From Octopus bimaculoides (taxonomy: Eukaryota): a stretch of DNA of 33,000 bases. Each line of letters opens with the position of its first letter. The stretch's first letter is position 1. Shown in pieces: positions 1-11,427 of the stretch. The notes under the pieces were generated by a model. It made no database searches, was not told the origin of the DNA, and was given only the letters and a program-made list of their open reading frames with translations. A program made the translations under genes and the position numbers. The DNA is taken from assembly GCF_001194135.2 (NCBI RefSeq), contig NC_068981.1, forward strand, positions 172,099,162 through 172,132,161. Direction: 5' to 3'.

Positions 1-2028
1 CAACAAATCTGCTGGGGAGGGGTCTAATCGATTAAATCGACTCCAATAGTAGAATAGGCGGCAGATTGGCAAAGTCGCCTGGAAGGCAGTGAATTGGTAG
101 CATATTCAGAGCGTAGGTAAAAATACTTTCTGATGTTTGCTTCTGGGTTCAGATCATTCCGTTGTCAGTTCTCACTTTCATTCTTTTTCAGCATTGATAA
201 ATAAAACATCAGTTCGGATAAGTGGATGGGCGGAATTCTTAGAACATAAGATGAGAATTCATACTGAAACTGATCTGTCTCTGTCTTTTCTAAGTTCAAA
301 TTGTGTCTTGGGGTTGAAAGCGAGAGCTAACCACGCAAGCATCCCATCCAATCGGCAATTGGTCAATGTGCATTATGGCATAGATAACCGGCAATGGCAT
401 GTCGAAGCTTCATTCAAATGCAAGAGAGAATCTGCTGAATGGAATGTATTTGAGTGGTAATTATTTAACGGAAAGATGAAATACAAAGTCTATTCTGGCA
501 GGATGTGAGTTAGAAATTTAATGTGATATAACAAGGTATCACTATGCATTTTTCCAACAAGTTATCACTGCCCTACTGCTGCTACAGATAACTAAAATCC
601 ATACTGAAAGCACTCCAAAGAAAGAATTTTTCCTTCGGTTATACTTGAAATAAAGTCTGGGTCGGAGTGAAAATACGTTCAGACGCCACGACAGTTAATA
701 ATAAGAATGCTTTCTTTATAAACCTCTAAGGGTTTACAAAAAGATCGAAGACAGTACAGAATATAAAACTGCAATACAATGTGGGCTTACATTAAAACAT
801 AAAAAGTGGGTTTACTTGCTTATATTACTTTTTTAACCTCTGAACAACTTTTTCTTCGTGTAATTTAGACTTCATTATGAGAATGTGATGTCTATAAATA
901 TGTTATAGCATCAGAAGGATTGTATATCAATACACCTAACTATGCAGAAGGATTTGCTTTAATTCTTTTTAGAACATATTCTAATCTGAAGCAGCAAGAT
1001 TCAAAGTTAATAATCTTTGGTATATATATTTTCATGTTTATAATTTGTCATGGGCGTAGTTTTCAGCATAGACCTAAGATAATTTCAGCCAATTATTTCA
1101 TTTCACTTTTTGTTAGCTTCCCGACTTGTGTTTAGACAAAATATTTTTGTCGATAAGCATTTTAAACTGTCATATCACAGAAAGCTTTTCAAGTATTACC
1201 ATTATTCATCAGTAAAACAAAATGATAAACGAGTCAGAAAACTCGAGCTTACGTACGATCAACTTCAAAACAGTCGTTCGCTGTCAGTTTGTAACGCAAT
1301 AAAAGCGTGTAATACGACAAGCGTGAACAATCCATCAGTTACCTCTGAGTCGGATATCTACTCAAACAGAATCAAACTGTATGACTTTAGTTTGTCATGA
1401 GCTCTAGGACTCATAAGGTCGGAACTTTACCCGGTTTCTAGAGTTACTATCGAAAAATGAAAAAGTGTCAAAAACACAATATGAACTGCAGCAATCAACC
1501 AACTTAAATATTGCTGTTTTGATGCAAGATAGCTTTCACGGGTCAAACCTCGAATAGTGTTTCCTTGTATTTCTGATCAGAATACTTTCGTACTTTGCTT
1601 CAGTTCGCCAAGATGTTAGAAATAGATACCGTAGCAGCTGTTAATGTTCTTACAATAGCAGCATTTCTCCAGTGGGATATATATATATCTCCCATCCGTA
1701 AAATGCCATGAAATCTGAACTAAGCACCGGCCGTTAAAAAAAAAATCAAAAAACATTTCTTTGAAGATCGAAATGAACATTTTTCAGGACATTTTGCCAC
1801 GCACTCTGAAACATGAAAAATCGCTGAATTTTTATGTGGATAAGTGCCATCACTAGATTACATTTATTCACATAAAAAAACTAGTGCGGTTAGCATCAAT
1901 AAGATTCAAATCAATAAAGTTCAAAGCGCCGTAAGATATTTCTTGTCACAACGCACTCACTTCTTTTGTATTTCACTTTCTACTTGATATAAATTGTTTA
2001 ATACAAAAAGTTCAATTGTGAAAATATT

Positions 2029-2245
2029 CTTTTCTACTCGAGCACGAGGTCCGAAATTTGGGGGGAGGGAGGCAGCCGATTACATCGACCCAGTACGCAA
2101 CTGGTACTTTATTTATCGACTCCGAAAGGATGAAAGACAAAGTCGATCTCGGCGGAATTTGAACTCAGAGCGTTAAGACAGACGAAATACCGCTAGACAT
2201 TTCGCCCGGCATGCTAACGTTTCTGCTAGCTCGCCGCCTTCTGAA
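2029..2245 (-). mobile_element. Full-length tRNA-derived SINE, family A (~220 bp)
   Basis: On the minus strand the head has an A-box-like TAGCAGAAACGTTAG and a B-box GAGTTCAAATTCC, and the tail is AGTAGAAAAGAAT. It is flanked by the 11-bp direct repeat GTGAAAATATT (2018-2028, 2246-2256). Homologous copies occur at 7075, 15600 and 22028. Confidence 0.88.
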
Positions 2246-2256
2246 GTGAAAATATT

Positions 2257-2363
2257 CTTTTCTACTATAGGCACAAGGCCTGAAATTTTGGGAGAGGTGG
2301 CCAGTCGATTAGATCGACCACAGTACGCAACTGGTACTTAATTTATCGACCCCGAAAGGATGA
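2257..2363 (-). mobile_element. 5'-truncated family A SINE
   Basis: 3' half of the same family, bounded by a perfect 15-bp target-site duplication (TSD) TGAAGTGAAAATATT (2242-2256, 2364-2378). Confidence 0.88.
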
Positions 2364-3291
2364 TGAAGTGAAAATATTATCAGAGCAATGCCCTCTGTCG
2401 TGCATGTTCTTTTGTTAAATCCCTTTGGTTCCGAACTCGAATCGAATTCAGTAAAAAGAAAAACTAGTAAAGGACCTTTAAAACATACTGATTTGTTTGT
2501 GATGTGGAACTGGAACTGAATTGAAGGGGAAATAAACACCAGTAATATACCTTTAATTGGCACAATGCCAGTCTATTTCTCTTTTTTGCGTGGAAGTCCA
2601 AATGTATTTAGTTCCAATCTATTGGCGATATTATTGTTTCAGATGTGTGAAAAACAAAGGTGACTGCAGTTAAAATCGAACGAAGAACGAGGTAGGTTGA
2701 AACTAAACATACTTTAAAGCAGTTAGCTCTGCGTTGTATTCTCAACTGCGTCAGGTTGAAGCGGATAATACATTCAATAGATATTTAAATCGTTGGTAAA
2801 AATCATTTTTGGTGGGGGGATTTTTATTCAAAATTTTTCAAATTCAATTTGGTTTTCAGATCTAAAATTTTTTTATGCTGAATGAAAAGACGGAAGGTGG
2901 CTTCTGGAAGATTTGAACTCAGAAACAGCTGCTCTACAAGTACAATATTTTACTAGCTGTACCATTTCTATAGACAGAATTGCTCTTGATTTCATTTGAC
3001 AAGGCCATGTTTTGCCTGAGAAGTGCGCATAGTCGACCGTTATTAAGTTCAAAATATTACTGGTGCTTACTTTTATCAAACCTAGAAGAATGCTAAAGAA
3101 AATTAACGGGGTCAGGATTTGAACTAGAAACGTAGAGGAACGAAATGAAACTGACGGAATTAATTGCTTGGGAGAAATCATAGCCTTTGTTAGACAGGAA
3201 ATCTTACTGATACGTCGAAATGAATAATGGAAAATCCTTTGTTACTGAATGGAGGCCGAGAGGTGGCACCCGTGATATTTGCTTATATTAC

Positions 3292-3342
3292 CTGATAAGG
3301 TGATACCGTTGAAATTCAACATCCAGTTCTGAAAGATGATGT
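3292..3342 (-). CDS. Candidate 51-nt exon of an unidentified gene (HHLSELDVEFQRYHLI)
   Basis: Acceptor TTATTTTTTCCTACAG and donor CAG/GTAATA. Open in phase 2, matching the 3741-3772 exon. Read-through past the donor gives R-stop, so it could instead be a last coding exon. No homology recognised. Confidence 0.42.
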
Positions 3343-3740
3343 CTGTAGGAAAAAATAAACAGAGTCTGAGTTATAGGAGACTGCACTTGGTCAGAGATGA
3401 TTGGGCAAAGGAATTAGTGCTAGTTTAGGTATGACACGAGATCTAAGGGTGATGACAAATAAGAAAAGAGTCAGATGCATAGAGAGTTTGGGTAAAGATG
3501 GTAAGTAGTTTCCTAATACAGAAGCACAAGAAAGAAAAAAAAAAGAAACTGCACACTGTCGGTAGAAATTCATACTATTTTCTATTAGTATTTAATTAAT
3601 GAACTGAAGCTACTTCAGCTAGGAATTGAAACAATGTCGAGAGCTGAATTCATCGAGAAATGATGTTTTCACAACAACGCTTGCTACTTGTATATGATGT
3701 TAAAGTATGATGTAAGAGCATGAGAAGATTTACTTCTTAC

Positions 3741-3772
3741 CGGAGGTAGAAGTCAATGAAATAAATAGTCGG
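3741..3772 (-). CDS. Candidate 32-nt exon (PTIYFIDFYLR)
   Basis: Long polypyrimidine tract with no AG before the acceptor TAG; donor CCG/GTAAGA. Phase 0 to 2, compatible with both neighbouring candidates. Confidence 0.4.
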
Positions 3773-4686
3773 CTATACAGGTGGTGTTTAGTTAAACACA
3801 GGAAAAACAAGAAAAAGAGGAAATGCTATTATATATTTATTAGCCTCTCGAGAAAAGTTTGTGCCAGGAATTACAATGAAACCTGTCATTAATGGGGTTG
3901 TGAACGCATTTAAAAAATTCACCGTGATCTTGCTACAATAAATAATGCAAACAAAACCGCTTTTCTCGCGAAATTTAAGCCAAACTGTCAACTGAGATTT
4001 ATCCTGACTGACTGCAGGCTAATAAGTAGGCGATTGCTCTAAGTCCAGAGTGATTGTACAGCCACATGATCATCGGTGCGTAGTGAACAGACAGACATAG
4101 CGAAAATATTCATAGAAATTGATGACATACAGTGGATTTTTTGTTTAATCTCAGAATGATATAGATCTTGTCTGCTTCCTTTTTTATTTAACGTACTTGA
4201 ACTGATGCTAGAAAAACTGGGGTTTTGTGGAGTGGGGAAGAGGTCGGAATTGTTTGGACCACAAAATGGATTGTAGCCACGTCTTTATTAAATCCTCAGC
4301 GACCGATGTAGGATGTTCTTGAATACCCTACACTTTATTCTGAATTATACTTCTTGGTAGCCCTACTCCCAAAAGAGAGGGAAAGGGAACTTTTCTAGTG
4401 AATAATATATAAACGATAGAAAAATGTGTTACCTCTTGACTCAGAATTAAAAGTGTGAAGGCGTTACTTGCCATTTCTGACTATAAACAACCTTTGATTA
4501 TTGGTCAAACATGGGACTGGTTACATTGTAGAATCAGTCTATTGCACAACAAAATTTTCTTTCATCCTTACGAAGCTAAACCTCACCAGTTTGAATCGGG
4601 CCTTCCCGGCGGCGAATTTCTTTTTTCTCACGAGAGTTCTGGGTCCCAGTAATGAACTCATTTACATACAACCAATCAGAGCTCAC

Positions 4687-4813
4687 CTTGACCTTGTTGT
4701 CAAGTAAAGAAAGCTTGTTGCTGGTAGGAGAAACCGCATTGGTGTTGGCAGACTGTTGAAGGATTGTTTGAAACGTGTGATAAGAAAGGTGCCGTTCAGC
4801 TCTTAGATTATGC
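4687..4813 (-). CDS. Candidate 127-nt exon (HNLRAERHLSYHTFQTILQQSANTNAVSPTSNKLSLLDNKVK)
   Basis: Acceptor TGTTGTTCTTTGTTAG and donor AAG/GTGAGC. Only one frame is open (phase 2 to 0), it looks GC-richer than its flanks, and it lies within track ORF 4576..4830. Confidence 0.5.
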
Positions 4814-4844
4814 CTAACAAAGAACAACATGCATTATTAAATGC

Positions 4845-5055
4845 AGGCGCAAGCGTTGCCGTATGGCAAGAGGTTTGCTTCCCAACCACATGGTTCGGGT
4901 TCAGTCTCACTGCACAGCATGGAACCTTGTCTTCTGCTATAGTCATGTGTTGACCAAAGCCTTGTGAGTGGATTTGAATGACGTAAACTGAAAGAAACCT
5001 ATCGTATATATACCTGTCGTGTGAGTGTGTGTGTGTGTATGTGTGTGTTTGTGTG
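4845..5055 (+). mobile_element. tRNA-derived SINE family B, 5' half ending in its internal (GT)n tract
   Basis: Homologous to 16711-17106 (GTTTGCTTCCCAACCACATGGTT, CAAAGCCTTGTGAGTGGATTTG, AAACTGAAAGAA). Confidence 0.85.
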
Positions 5056-5078
5056 TGAACATTAACCGCATATACACC

Positions 5079-5120
<42 letters not shown>
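5079..5120 (+). repeat. (GATA)n microsatellite
   Basis: Perfect tetranucleotide run. Confidence 0.97.
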
Positions 5121-5207
5121 TCTACTTCTAATATAGGATAAAACTTTTCAAAAACTTCATCAAGGGGCCAGCATATTAAAATACTTTTTAAGGTGAAAAT
5201 GATAAAC

Positions 5208-5403
5208 AATTATAAATAAGGGAAAAAGAAAATTTCTATGCCAATATGCTGAAAAATAGACTTTAAAGCACCAATCACCACATACAATATACATCACTAT
5301 AAATACACACAGTGATGTATATTGTATGTGGTGGTTGACGATTTAAAGTCTATTTCTCAGCATATTAGCATCGAAATTTTTTCTTTTGCCCTTATTTATA
5401 ATT
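5208..5403. repeat. Long inverted repeat/foldback (arms 5208-5298 and 5311-5403, 12-nt loop)
   Basis: The arms align as reverse complements with a few substitutions, one 4x4 internal loop and a 2-nt indel. The right arm runs straight into the N gap at 5404. Confidence 0.93.
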
Positions 5404-6034
5404 NNNNNNNNNNNNNNNNNNNNNNNNNNNNNNNNNNNNNNNNNNNNNNAGAGAGGGGGAGGGAGAGAGAGAGATAAATAGATTGATTTATATATGAAAG
5501 CATATGGATATGTGTGTGTGTGTATTTATACACGCACATGTGTTTGTGTGTGTGTAATTGTGAAAATGAAACGTTGTAGGTAAGCAGTAAAACTAACTTG
5601 TAATGGATTAAGTTAAGTTCAACGATGAAAGAGTGCAAACACGTGTTCCAGGAAGTGTTACACAACCTTGTAAAGATTATTTTCTACTCTAAATTCATTA
5701 AAGCTGCTCATCTGTAGTGGAAGGATTAGTGGTCGATAATCTGGGTTTTACTGCAAATTCATGTATAGTCACATCACCTGAAGATATTTTTAGAAAGGTG
5801 GATGCCAGAAACAAACAATTTGGAAATAATCAAATTGATTGATATATTTTTTATCTTATAAGTACTATTATCCGTTGTCTCCTTGATTGACTTGGTGTTG
5901 ATTAAGATGAGAAATATTACTTATTGGAGCAAGAGAGCTATGTATAAATTTTGTTGTAATGATTAAGGTTTACGTAGTCACATGTGCTTATGAAAGCAAT
6001 CTCTCTACATACACAGTATATTATTGTATATAAC

Positions 6035-6178
6035 CAATACCGTCTTAATGGCATACTGCACAGTTGTGTAGAGGCCTTACGGGTCTGCGGAGCCGAATGC
6101 AAATCTATCCAAATTGTAGCTGCGTATGGAGGAGCCCAATTACATTGCCTGAGGGCCTGTAATGTTAAGACGGTCCTG
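6035..6178. mobile_element. Possible small MITE (hAT-like termini)
   Basis: Terminal inverted repeats (TIRs) CAATACCGTCTTAA / TTAAGACGGTCCTG match 12/14. The interior is GC-richer than the flanks. No TSD found. Confidence 0.45.
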
Positions 6179-7074
6179 TGTGTCACAAGACTAGGCTTTA
6201 GATCTACAAACACAGTTCCTCTGACAGGTTTCTACTAAGTTTCTGTCTATCTAATTTTCGTTTCAGTGCTGGGGACTACATGAAGCTATTGTAAAAACAT
6301 GTGCTTAAACAGACGCGCGGTTTGATCGAACTTAAGACCTTATGATGACAAAATAGAATTCTAAACTATTAGACCGTATTTAATGAAAAATTGTAAACAA
6401 TACAACATTGTGTTTAGGAAGTTTGCTTTATTTTATCGAATTTGATGACATTTGAAATAATCTGCATGGTGGGTTTAGGATTTAGAACTTTCTTAAATAC
6501 ATTAATCTTGTTTTGACTAATATGAATAAGTGAATATCTTTGAATCTATAAGAAAATGAAAATATACTACAAAGATCCTCTTGTGACATACAAATACAGT
6601 TCAAAATTTGCCAAAGAGAAATTCATCAGAAAACAACATGATTTTACTGAGAGGGTAGAAAAACAATGACTTCAACAACACTAACGATAAAAAAAAATGG
6701 CTGTTCTTATCTTCCATCTCAATGTTAGACATCCGCACAGAATACATTTAAAATATTTTTCACATTAAAGTAAACTTTTTAAACCACACAAAAATAATTA
6801 CGAGTTCTGCAATGCAAGATCAGCAGCATAAAACCACTTTTATATCATTAAGGAACTTAGTCATACACACCGTTCACGTAACAATAATTCAAGTACACAA
6901 TATTCCAGTTTATATACAAATCAAACTTGACACCCTTTCACAAAGAGGAGGAAAGGATTTGTAAAAACCTCAAAATACGTATTCAATTTCTAGATATCAC
7001 AAATGCCATTCCTAAACTACCCTTGAGCTGCGTGTTTTTAAAATACAAACTTGCAACAGGAATTTAATATAATC

Positions 7075-7203
7075 CTTTCTACAGGAAGCACAAAGCCTCA
7101 AAGTTTTGGGGAAGGGATTAAGTCGATTACATCGACCCCAGTATGTAACTGGTACTAATTTTATCGACCCCGAGAGGATGATAGGCAAAGTCGACCTCGG
7201 CGG
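7075..7203 (-). mobile_element. 5'-truncated family A SINE
   Basis: GTCGATTACATCGACCCCAGT...GGCAAAGTCGACCTCGGCGG matches the 2029-2245 copy. Confidence 0.85.
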
Positions 7204-7417
7204 CTTCTTATAGAGATAAAAGGCCAGAAATTTTGGAAGAATCGTCAGACAAAGAAATAAAAGCCAGTACTTGACTGATATTGTATTTTATTGAACACTG
7301 CGCGCAGCATTGCAGTTAAGAAGTTTGCTTTGCAAACTTTCAGGATTTTTCTTAAATGCAGTTTACAAAATCCAGAACTAGTTATAAGAATATGATTTAA
7401 TTACATTGGTATATTAT

Positions 7418-7568
7418 TCTTTTACTTATTTCAGTCATTTGACTGTGGCCATGCTGGAGCACCGCCTTGAAGGGTTTTAGCCGAACAAATCGATTCCAGC
7501 TTTTATTTCTTAAGCCTAGTAGCTATTCTATCGGTCTCTGTTGCCGAGCCGCTAAATTNNNNNNNNNN

Positions 7569-7602
<34 letters not shown>

Positions 7603-7767
7603 GACGGGCTTCTTTCAGTTCTTTTAGTCTTTCAGTTCCCGTCTACCAAATCCACTCACAAGGATTTTGTCGGCCCGATGGTAGGCCCGAGGCTATAGTA
7701 GATGACACTTTCTTAGGGTACCACGCAGTAGGACTGAACCCAGAACCATGTGATTGGGAAGCAAGCT
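7418..7767 (-). mobile_element. Family B SINE, near full length, with internal (AT)n and a gap
   Basis: Reverse complement of the 16711-17106 copy (TTTCAGTCATTTGACTGTGGCCATGCTGGAGCACCGCC...GAACCATGTGATTGGGAAGCAAG). Confidence 0.88.
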
Positions 7768-7819
7768 ATGTCTAAGACCTTCCCAATGTTTATGGAGTGA
7801 TTTTTTATAGATGATCAGA

Positions 7820-8050
7820 CGGCTGGAAGAGTGAAAAGTTTTCGTAAGAATGATTGTGATTTCAACTGTACTTTATGGGTGCGAACTTTGGATATTGAAA
7901 GTGAGAAAATAATTAGCAACATCAAGAAATAAACAGGATGCAGAACATGAGATTGGCTGCTGACCGAGAAAGACAGAGGGAAAGTTTGCGTTTCTTGCAG
8001 TACACCTTTGGGATCCATAGGTTTGGAATTAGAATTTACTGACCATTTAT
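7820..8050 (+). mobile_element. Highly decayed RTE-like LINE fragment
   Basis: 7868-7891 translates to VLYGCELW, resembling the RTE post-RT motif LLYGCETW. The surrounding frame has stops. Confidence 0.45.
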
Positions 8051-9280
8051 ACATAATTTATAGAGTGATTTAATTATGGCTAGATTTTATCACTGACAGT
8101 TCACAGGGGACACATACTACAGTTCACAGGGGACAAACACAACATTTATATACATAATTTATAGAGAGAAAAAATGTGTCAAATGCCAGAAGAGAATTAT
8201 GGAAAGGAGCTGTTCACATATTTATAACATTCAGAAGTTACATGGTCTGGTTTTGGTCGCAACGTTTTCTTGGGGGTTGTATATGATATTGGTTGCAGTT
8301 GAAAAGGCTCATATGTTTATAGATAAAGGCCATAGAATTCTTTATATACTTGTTTCTTCTCACCCTTGCATTGCGTCAATATCATAAATGCTAATGAGTC
8401 AGTATATAAATTAATACAATATAAGATAGCTTTGATGAAAAATAGTTTCGGGTTTGCAATTGTCGGACAAAGTGATCACGCGAATCTAACAACCAAAGAG
8501 CTGCACTTTCGACTTTGTTGTGTTTTATCAACCTCGTAGCGGTTAGAACTAATAGAGCTTATTTATATAGAATTTATTCATACACCCAATAGTGTGTTAT
8601 GTAATTTTCAACAAAACTTCCTTATCAAATATTTGATTATTTATTCTGATATATAGAGAATGTTGATAAATTTATAAATAAGGTGAATAAGTATATACTT
8701 GTTTATAATCACATTAAATTAAATTAAACTTGTTATTCATTAGTTGTTTGACCCACGTGTTCACTCTTCGGATTATAATCCCAAAATGGATTTAGAGTTA
8801 TGCTATAAATTATTCCTTCAATAGAATCATAGAAACTTAAGAGGTAGAACATAAGAAGTGACCATAGCAGATGATCTCGGGGCCTCATAGATTTTGCTTT
8901 CATTCCCTCAGTTTCGACAAATTAAGTGCCAATAATGTACTGACATTTATTTATTCTGCTGTACCTTTCGTGCATTTTCATAATATGTATTATACGTACG
9001 TCTACAATTAATTCTAAGGAACACACAACTGTATCATTGAGTTTGCAGAAGTGAATATGTTTCTATGCTTGCGTGTATTGTATTCATTCTGCAGCCTATT
9101 TGGATTGAACTATAAGAATTATTTCCTACCTAATGAGCGTTATTGAAATTAATGAAAAATTAACGATTTTTATGAACTGTTGCAAATACTATGAAAATAT
9201 AAAGTTTAAAGCAACACATCCATCAGAATGTTTATTAGGTTTCTGCGTGAAATAAACATTATCTATCTATGTGCGTGCGT

Positions 9281-9294
9281 GCGTGCGTGCGTGC

Positions 9295-9378
<84 letters not shown>
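9281..9378 (+). repeat. (GCGT)n/(GT)n microsatellite
   Basis: Direct observation; it creates track ORF 9228..9470. Confidence 0.97.
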
Positions 9379-9380
<2 letters not shown>

Positions 9381-9749
9381 AAATGCATTAAAGATAATTT
9401 AGTGAAAATAAACTTCGAAGATTTAGCAATCAGTTCACGCAGTACACTAGAAATACTTTACGCTAGGTAATACAGGGAAGTTGTTAAGATCCACTGTATA
9501 ACATACTTAAAACTATTTAGTCTAAAGCTAAATCGATACAGAAACATTGGCATGTGATACACATTTAAGAGTATTTGTCACTTGAGGATTTTCTAAAGAA
9601 GGTCAAAATATTACATGTATGACGATGATTCAGTACAACAGTGTTAAGCATGGCAGTTTACAGTCGATATGGCGGAAATCCATATGTTCAGTGAGAACGA
9701 AGGAGGAGTGACAAAACCTCTTTTGACTTATAGATAGTTTATACAGCTC

Positions 9750-9755
9750 TGTGTA

Positions 9756-9842
<87 letters not shown>
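9750..9842 (+). repeat. (GT)n microsatellite
   Basis: Direct observation. Confidence 0.97.
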
Positions 9843-9844
<2 letters not shown>

Positions 9845-10234
9845 ACATAGAGAGAGGGAAAGAAGGAGAGAGAGTGAAAAAAAAGAGAGGCTGAATTAAT
9901 ATTAATGCGTTTCGGGTTTCTATTGCACGGCAGTAATATTTACCTCGTATATGAATAGTATTTCAAATGTCAAATACTTCTTTCTCTGTGGATGGGTAAG
10001 ACGGATTAAGTTCAACAAATTATTGCTTAACTATAAATACAAACAGCAGAGGTTATATATATGAGAACAGATTAATTTAGATAATGACAGAAACTTTGAT
10101 CAGATTAGTTAAAACTATCGACAAATTGCTGTTTGAGAAATTATTGTGTACGTTAGACAGTAGACAAATTGTGTAAAATCAATAACTGTTCAGAAGATTG
10201 CGAATTATAACTTTTCATCAGTTGGTATATTTAC

Positions 10235-10259
10235 CAACGAAGTTGATATGACTTATCGT
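10235..10259 (-). CDS. Candidate 25-nt micro-exon (DKSYQLR)
   Basis: Acceptor GTTTCGTTGTTTCTTTCAG and donor TTG/GTAAAT. Phase 1 to 2 is open and would join 4687-4813 as ...QLR-W-HNL. Confidence 0.3.
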
Positions 10260-10776
10260 CTGAAAGAAACAACGAAACTTTTGAACCGTATGAAGATGTG
10301 ATTATCGTCTGTTTCATGAACAGGATAGATTCACGATAACATTGGAAATTATCGAATGTCTAAAGAAGTGCAACGTTGATAAATAAGTATGTCTTAATCG
10401 AACCGATTTTGCAGCATAGTTTCAGTTCCAAGTTAAATCCATTTTCATTCACTAAATTATTTTTGCGAACGTCACATTTTCCCATTTAAACTTCTGGGCT
10501 GAAACATCGAACCTGTGAACCGAATTTTAAAAAAAAAATGTGAATTTATTCATCAAGAAATCCAGTGTTCTTATTATTTTAATAAATTTCAATGTTTTTT
10601 TTTTATATATCTGAAAATGGTAGATTTTTGTCGCTATCAAAAAGATAATTTCAACGTTTATATTCATATTTTGTAAATATTTTTGTAAGTGCCCAAGATT
10701 ATATTATCATGAAATGAAATCTTCAACCGGCCAGTAAATAGCAGCTATTATCCTTGCGTAAAATTTAATATCTCAC

Positions 10777-10839
10777 GTTTCGATTGTATAGTATCTTGAC
10801 TATAATCTTGACTGTTTAAATGAATAAGAGTTGATAAAA
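10777..10839 (-). CDS. Candidate 63-nt exon (LSTLIHLNSQDYSQDTIQSK)
   Basis: Acceptor TTATTTTTTCATTTCAG and donor AAC/GTGAGA. The only open frame is phase 1 to 1, compatible with 10235-10259. Confidence 0.28.
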
Positions 10840-10984
10840 CTGAAATGAAAAAATAATTCATAACATTCCCAATTACTTCAGCAAGGATAATTGCTGATAT
10901 GAAGACTGATAAAGTAGATTGCTCACATATCTGATAGACAATGCTTCTTCAGCCTACAGCTTGAACAAAGCTGAAGAGAAAGAC

Positions 10985-11388
10985 TATGCTTAAACAAATC
11001 ACTGATTCCATTCTATCCAATTTGTTTCATTACAGCTATCTATACTGGTGGACCAACGAGCTTGAAAAATCTTGTCACCTTGGTGTCTTTCATATATAGT
11101 TTGCTGTTGGCCTCAGTGTTAACTGTATGCAATAGACTTGTCCAGATGACTATGATTGATGCATTTTACTAATATTTACGTTTATCTTTTATCAAGTCTT
11201 TCTAATAAACATTATAAATGCCTTCTCTATAGAAATATAAAGAAATCCATACAATAGTTTCAGTCTGCTATTCAGAAAGATTATAAGGGATGTATTCTAC
11301 ACAAAGCTAATTTTCTTAAAATCCCTAAAATGTGTGGGTTGTTTAGTAGCAACAAACTCTTCTGCTTTCACAGCAAATTTATAAATCG

Positions 11389-11427
<39 letters not shown>

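Noticed and set aside
137-460. 107-aa ORF at the window start
   Set aside because: TTG start, no recognisable domain and no splice signals; there are faint traces of decayed RT on the opposite strand.
3292-3772. Resemblance of SELDVEF and IDFYLR to Cys-loop receptors, and of PT..FID.YL to cyclins
   Set aside because: The order is reversed for the receptor match and the spacing is off for the cyclin match; both are too short for a gene call.
9130-9985. Candidate exons 9130-9176 and 9944-9985, phase-compatible with 4687-4813
   Set aside because: Extremely AT-rich F/I/K/L/Y peptides typical of random AT-rich frames; not distinguishable from chance.
10927-11226. Further minus-strand micro-exon candidates (10927-10970, 11079-11122, 11180-11226)
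   Set aside because: They are phase-incompatible with the strong 10839 acceptor or have stops in all frames, and they lie largely on the antisense strand of the decayed CR1-like RT.
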